Assembly: GCF_009914755.1 (NCBI RefSeq)
Contig: NC_060928.1
DNA length: 64,000 bases
Strand: one strand, 5' to 3'
Source of the DNA: the human T2T-CHM13v2.0 reference genome, Homo sapiens
Shown one piece after another: positions 59,135 through 64,000 of this stretch. A program made the translations under genes and the position numbers. Within the stretch, counting starts at the first letter, position 1, and every line of letters starts with the position of its first letter. Under the pieces are notes generated by a model that was not told the DNA's origin, searched no databases, and worked only from the letters and a program-made list of their open reading frames with translations.

Positions 59135-59430
59135 CTTTTTTTTTTTTTTTAAAGTAAGATCTTGCTCTGTCTTACAGGCTGGAGTGCAATGGTGCAATCA
59201 TGGCTCACTGCAGCCTGCACCTCTAGGCTTGAGCGATCCTCCCACCTCAGCCTCTCAATTATCTGGGACCATAGGCACAGGCCACCTGAACCACCTAATT
59301 TTTATAGTCTTTGTAGAAATGGGCTTTGCCATGTTGCCCTGACTGGTCTTGAACTCCTGTTCTCAAGTGATCCTCCCACCTTGGCCTCCTAAATTGCTGG
59401 GATTACAAATGTGAGCCATGATATCTGTCC
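59135..59430 (-). mobile_element. AluJ
   Basis: caatcatggctcactgcagcct, gatcctcccacctcagcc; TSD cacttta(c/t)attct. Confidence 0.92.
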
Positions 59431-60656
59431 TCACTTTATATTCTCTTACAGCTGAAATTCATTCACTGGATTGGGTCTCTTTCATCAACGTTGGGTCAAA
59501 TCAAACCTGAGTATGACAAACGTTTTGGGGTCCTAAATGTTTTACTCTTAGTTATGCTCTTAAGATACCAACCTTTAGGTAGGTAGTGCTTTATATACAG
59601 TCCCAGAAAATTTTGGCATGCAATATTTCTTCTCTTATTCCATGTTTATGTACCATCAATAATCCAGAAGTTTTAAATGAAAAGGCACTTTGAATTACAC
59701 TATTACATGGAGTTATGTACCAGAAAGAAAGAATTGTTTTTCCAACATTAATTATTATATCCACATTGTACATCCATTCAAAAGTCAGCAGACTTGTTTA
59801 TGGCAGAATTGCTTTTGACTATTTAAGATTCCGACATTTTTAGGAAGCTGAGAAAAGAGAAATCTTCCTTTTTCTGGTATCATTCGGAATTCAGTCAAAA
59901 CACTGCAGACTGGAAATGACATATTTTGTTTCGACCCTTGAAAGTGAAAAGAAGGATAATCTCTGATGAAAACTGTTGTACTGTGAACATTGCCACAACA
60001 TGAGCGGGAGACAGCATAGACAGAGGGCAGTGCAAATATGCCTTTTGGAATTATTAACAGGCAAAAAATCCTTAATAGACACAACATAAAAATTAGGGGC
60101 TTTATTATGATCATGCATAGAATAATATAATTTGTAATTCATTTTTAAAGTAATAGAAAATTAAAGATACTCATAGGAATAAGTCTAGGGTATAGAAGTC
60201 ACATAATTCCCACAATAAAACTGGCTTTGTTATTCTTCTAAAACCGGTGAGTGAACCAAATTCAAAATTGAGTATCTGTCAAAATGCATCAAGAAAAGTA
60301 GAAGCTGAGAAATTTACTTAAATATTGTTGTTTCTGTGTCAGGCAAATTTCTTATCTGAGGATAGATCCCTGCTTTTGCAGCACTAATGTTCCAATACTG
60401 GAAAATAACCTAGATATTTTGAGGAACATACAAGACCAGGGGCTTACAGCATAATGAACATGAGAGTTCAATTCTAAAATGAATTCAGAGAAATAGATTC
60501 CTAATCAGAGAAGGTCTGAAACATAATGGGAAGAAATCAGGATTTCATTGTAAATGAAATCTTTAAAAAATGAAAAGCTTTTAATCATGACATAAATAAT
60601 CTGTAAAAGATAATTCTGTTCAATCAACGAAGAATAGATGTAGGACAATAGCCACA

Positions 60657-61599
<943 letters not shown>

Positions 61600-62110
61600 A
61601 TGCGCATGGATGAAAGCCTAGATGTAATTTAGGTTATTGATGTCATAAAAATGAGGTAAAATGATAGATTATATTTACATAACTTCAAAGAGCAAGCATA
61701 GTGATGATTTTACCAAGAAATGGAAGGCTGCAAGAAAAACATGTTTGATGTTAAGAATAAATATCAAGATTTTATTTTGGTCAGTAAAATTTAAGATGTT
61801 TTTTAAACATCCTAGTAGGCAGTTGGAGTTTGATAGGAGTGATGAGAGCTGCGTGTTAATTTGAGAGTCATCAGCATAAAGGCTATATTTAAACAAAGTC
61901 ACTAGAGGAGATAATCTATGAAGACAGTAAAAATGGAGAAGAAGAGAAAGAAAGTTTAGGACTGAGACTTAGAGTACACTAACACTTAGAGATCAAGCCT
62001 AGGTGTAAGAACTGACAAATGAAATCAGCTGATGCCTTGTGCTGGGGGAGGGAATCAAAACATTAAAAAACTTATAGGAATCAGAAATGTATCAACAGTG
62101 TGATCCAAGA
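61600..62110 (-). mobile_element. L2 fragment
   Basis: agtaggcagttgga, aatttgagagtcatcagcata, aggactgagac. Confidence 0.7.
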
Positions 62111-62134
62111 GAACAAAATAGGTGTCTTGAGCTT

Positions 62135-62610
62135 GTGCAACCACTCATTCTGCTTGCCACACAACAGCCAATAAATTGAGAGACAAGGAGTTAGAGCAAG
62201 GAAGGCAACTTTATTTTGGATAGCCGGCAAACCAATAACATGGTAGACTAATGTCCTAAAGAACCATCTTAAGTCAGCACAGATTTCAGGCTCTTTTTAT
62301 GTTGAGGACGGCGGAAGATGAGGAGGTTGGGATCAAGAGGTTACTGATGACCGCAGACATCTGGATGCCAGCAAGGGTCCAAGGAGGTTTGGAATTTCTT
62401 TGCCCTTGGTCAGGTCACAATGCTTCTATAAGTTTTTAACAAAAAGTAGTCAGGTGTTTACATACTTCTCTTTTATTCACAGAGTTGGTTTCAGAAACTA
62501 CATGATTGTTTTTGCAAATTATCTCAGTGCTCTAAAATTATCCTAGTCTACTTGTAGGAGGCCCCTTAAACAAAAATTGAGTTATCTATGTTAGTTCTTT
62601 GGCTGTTTCA
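62135..62610 (-). mobile_element. MER4-group ERV1 solo LTR
   Basis: gagagacaaggagtt...actttatt, ggtcaggtcacaatgctt, ends gctgtttca. Confidence 0.7.
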
Positions 62611-63834
62611 CTGTGGCACTTTTTCACACAAGATCTGGAACATTGAGTACCATACACTTCAACAGATATAAATCCTTGTATGTTTGTCTATGTCATTGCA
62701 TTTCTAGTATGTTTTATTAAATTTGTCATGATTACCATTAAAATTCCAACAAAGTAAATCAATTAAATATCAGAAGTGAGGGATTAGTAACCTGTTGATC
62801 ATTACTACCAGTGTGGTACATCAATTTAACTTAAGCAAATTATTATTTGTTCTTACTATTCATTTCTTGAAGTAGAACAACATAGAACTTAACATTTCCA
62901 GTTGACTTCTTTCTTTGGTGAACATGTTAACAGAAAATGCAAATTTGTCTGTAGAAACTAGGAACACATCTGTCCTAGCCAGTCAGTGAGCAGAACTTGT
63001 CAACTCCAGGTGAGGATATATCCACTGAAGGAACTGCAAGTCACTATCAAAGGAACCGGAAAAATGCTTGCAAATATTTATATAACTTGTTTAAAAATAA
63101 ATACTTATAACTTACTCCTGATTCTTCTCAGCACTCAAATCCTCCCCTAAGAGTATTTAGATAAGTAGGAATTCACCCCTAAATCTTTCTGATCACACAG
63201 CACAATGATAACTCTGAGTACCAGTATAAACATATACATATTATTATTTTTGTAAGTTATATTAATAAAAACAGGAAACCTCGATTACATAGGTTCATCC
63301 ATGTCACTTGGTTTTTTTAGTAGTTTGGATATTTATTCAGGGCAAATATAAAGAGGAATCATTGGATTCCTTTTCCTCAACAGAAAATAGCATAACTGCA
63401 TAGAAACAAAAATGCATGCCCCAAGGAGAACACAGAACTTTTTCTGTAGCAGTTTATGCTGTCAGCACATTCCAGATTGATTTGTAAATCTAATATGAAA
63501 GATTGAGTAAACAGTCTGTGTGTAATTTAATATCTCCAATTTTATATCCCCTCTAAAACTAAGTTAAAATCGATTACAATATAAGAAGTACATCTACAAA
63601 ACAATTAATTTATTTTGGCTTCTTCTGTCTTGAAAACCACTAAAACAATAAAGGAATTTTTAACTGTTATCTTCTACTTAGCCCTCATAGTACCAAAATC
63701 TAGGTATCTTTATACTATCGTCTAAAGAAACATCAGACACATATTTATGAGAATGCCAAGAAGTTGAGTTTCAATGAATGCTACATATATAGCATTCAGT
63801 ACTTGAAACATTTATTAATAAAAATAATCATCAG

Positions 63835-64000
63835 GGCTGGGCATGGTGGCTCACGCCTGTGACCCCAGCATTTTGGGAGGCCGAGGCGGGTGGATCATGA
63901 AGTCAGGAGATCGAGACCATCCTGGCTAACACGGTGAAACCCCATCTCTACTAAAAATACAAAAAATTAGCCAGGCGTGGTGGCAGGCGCCTGTAGTCCC
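63835..64000 (+). mobile_element. AluY, cut off by the window end
   Basis: gagatcgagaccatcctggctaacacggtgaaaccc. Confidence 0.93.

Overview
This is AT-rich, CpG-depleted primate (human-like) genomic DNA with no CpG island. It is intergenic or deep-intronic and is dominated by interspersed repeats: Alu J/S/Y and FLAM, MIR, L2, L1 (L1MC, L1PB, L1PA), MaLR (THE1, MST, MLT1), ERVL/MLT2, MER4-group ERV1 LTRs, and hAT/Tigger DNA-transposon relics. I found no credible protein-coding exon, RNA gene or CRISPR array. The supplied ORFs are chance frames or read-through of Alu, L1 and LTR sequence. I cannot support a novel biological system here. The observations worth checking are structural: a twin-primed L1PA with its 3' end missing, nested in an L1PB; locally templated duplications; a perfect 16-bp hairpin; an AluYd-lineage insertion; a four-element repeat nest; and a candidate recursive splice site. 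Subfamily names come from recalled consensus sequences, and the boundaries of old repeats are approximate.
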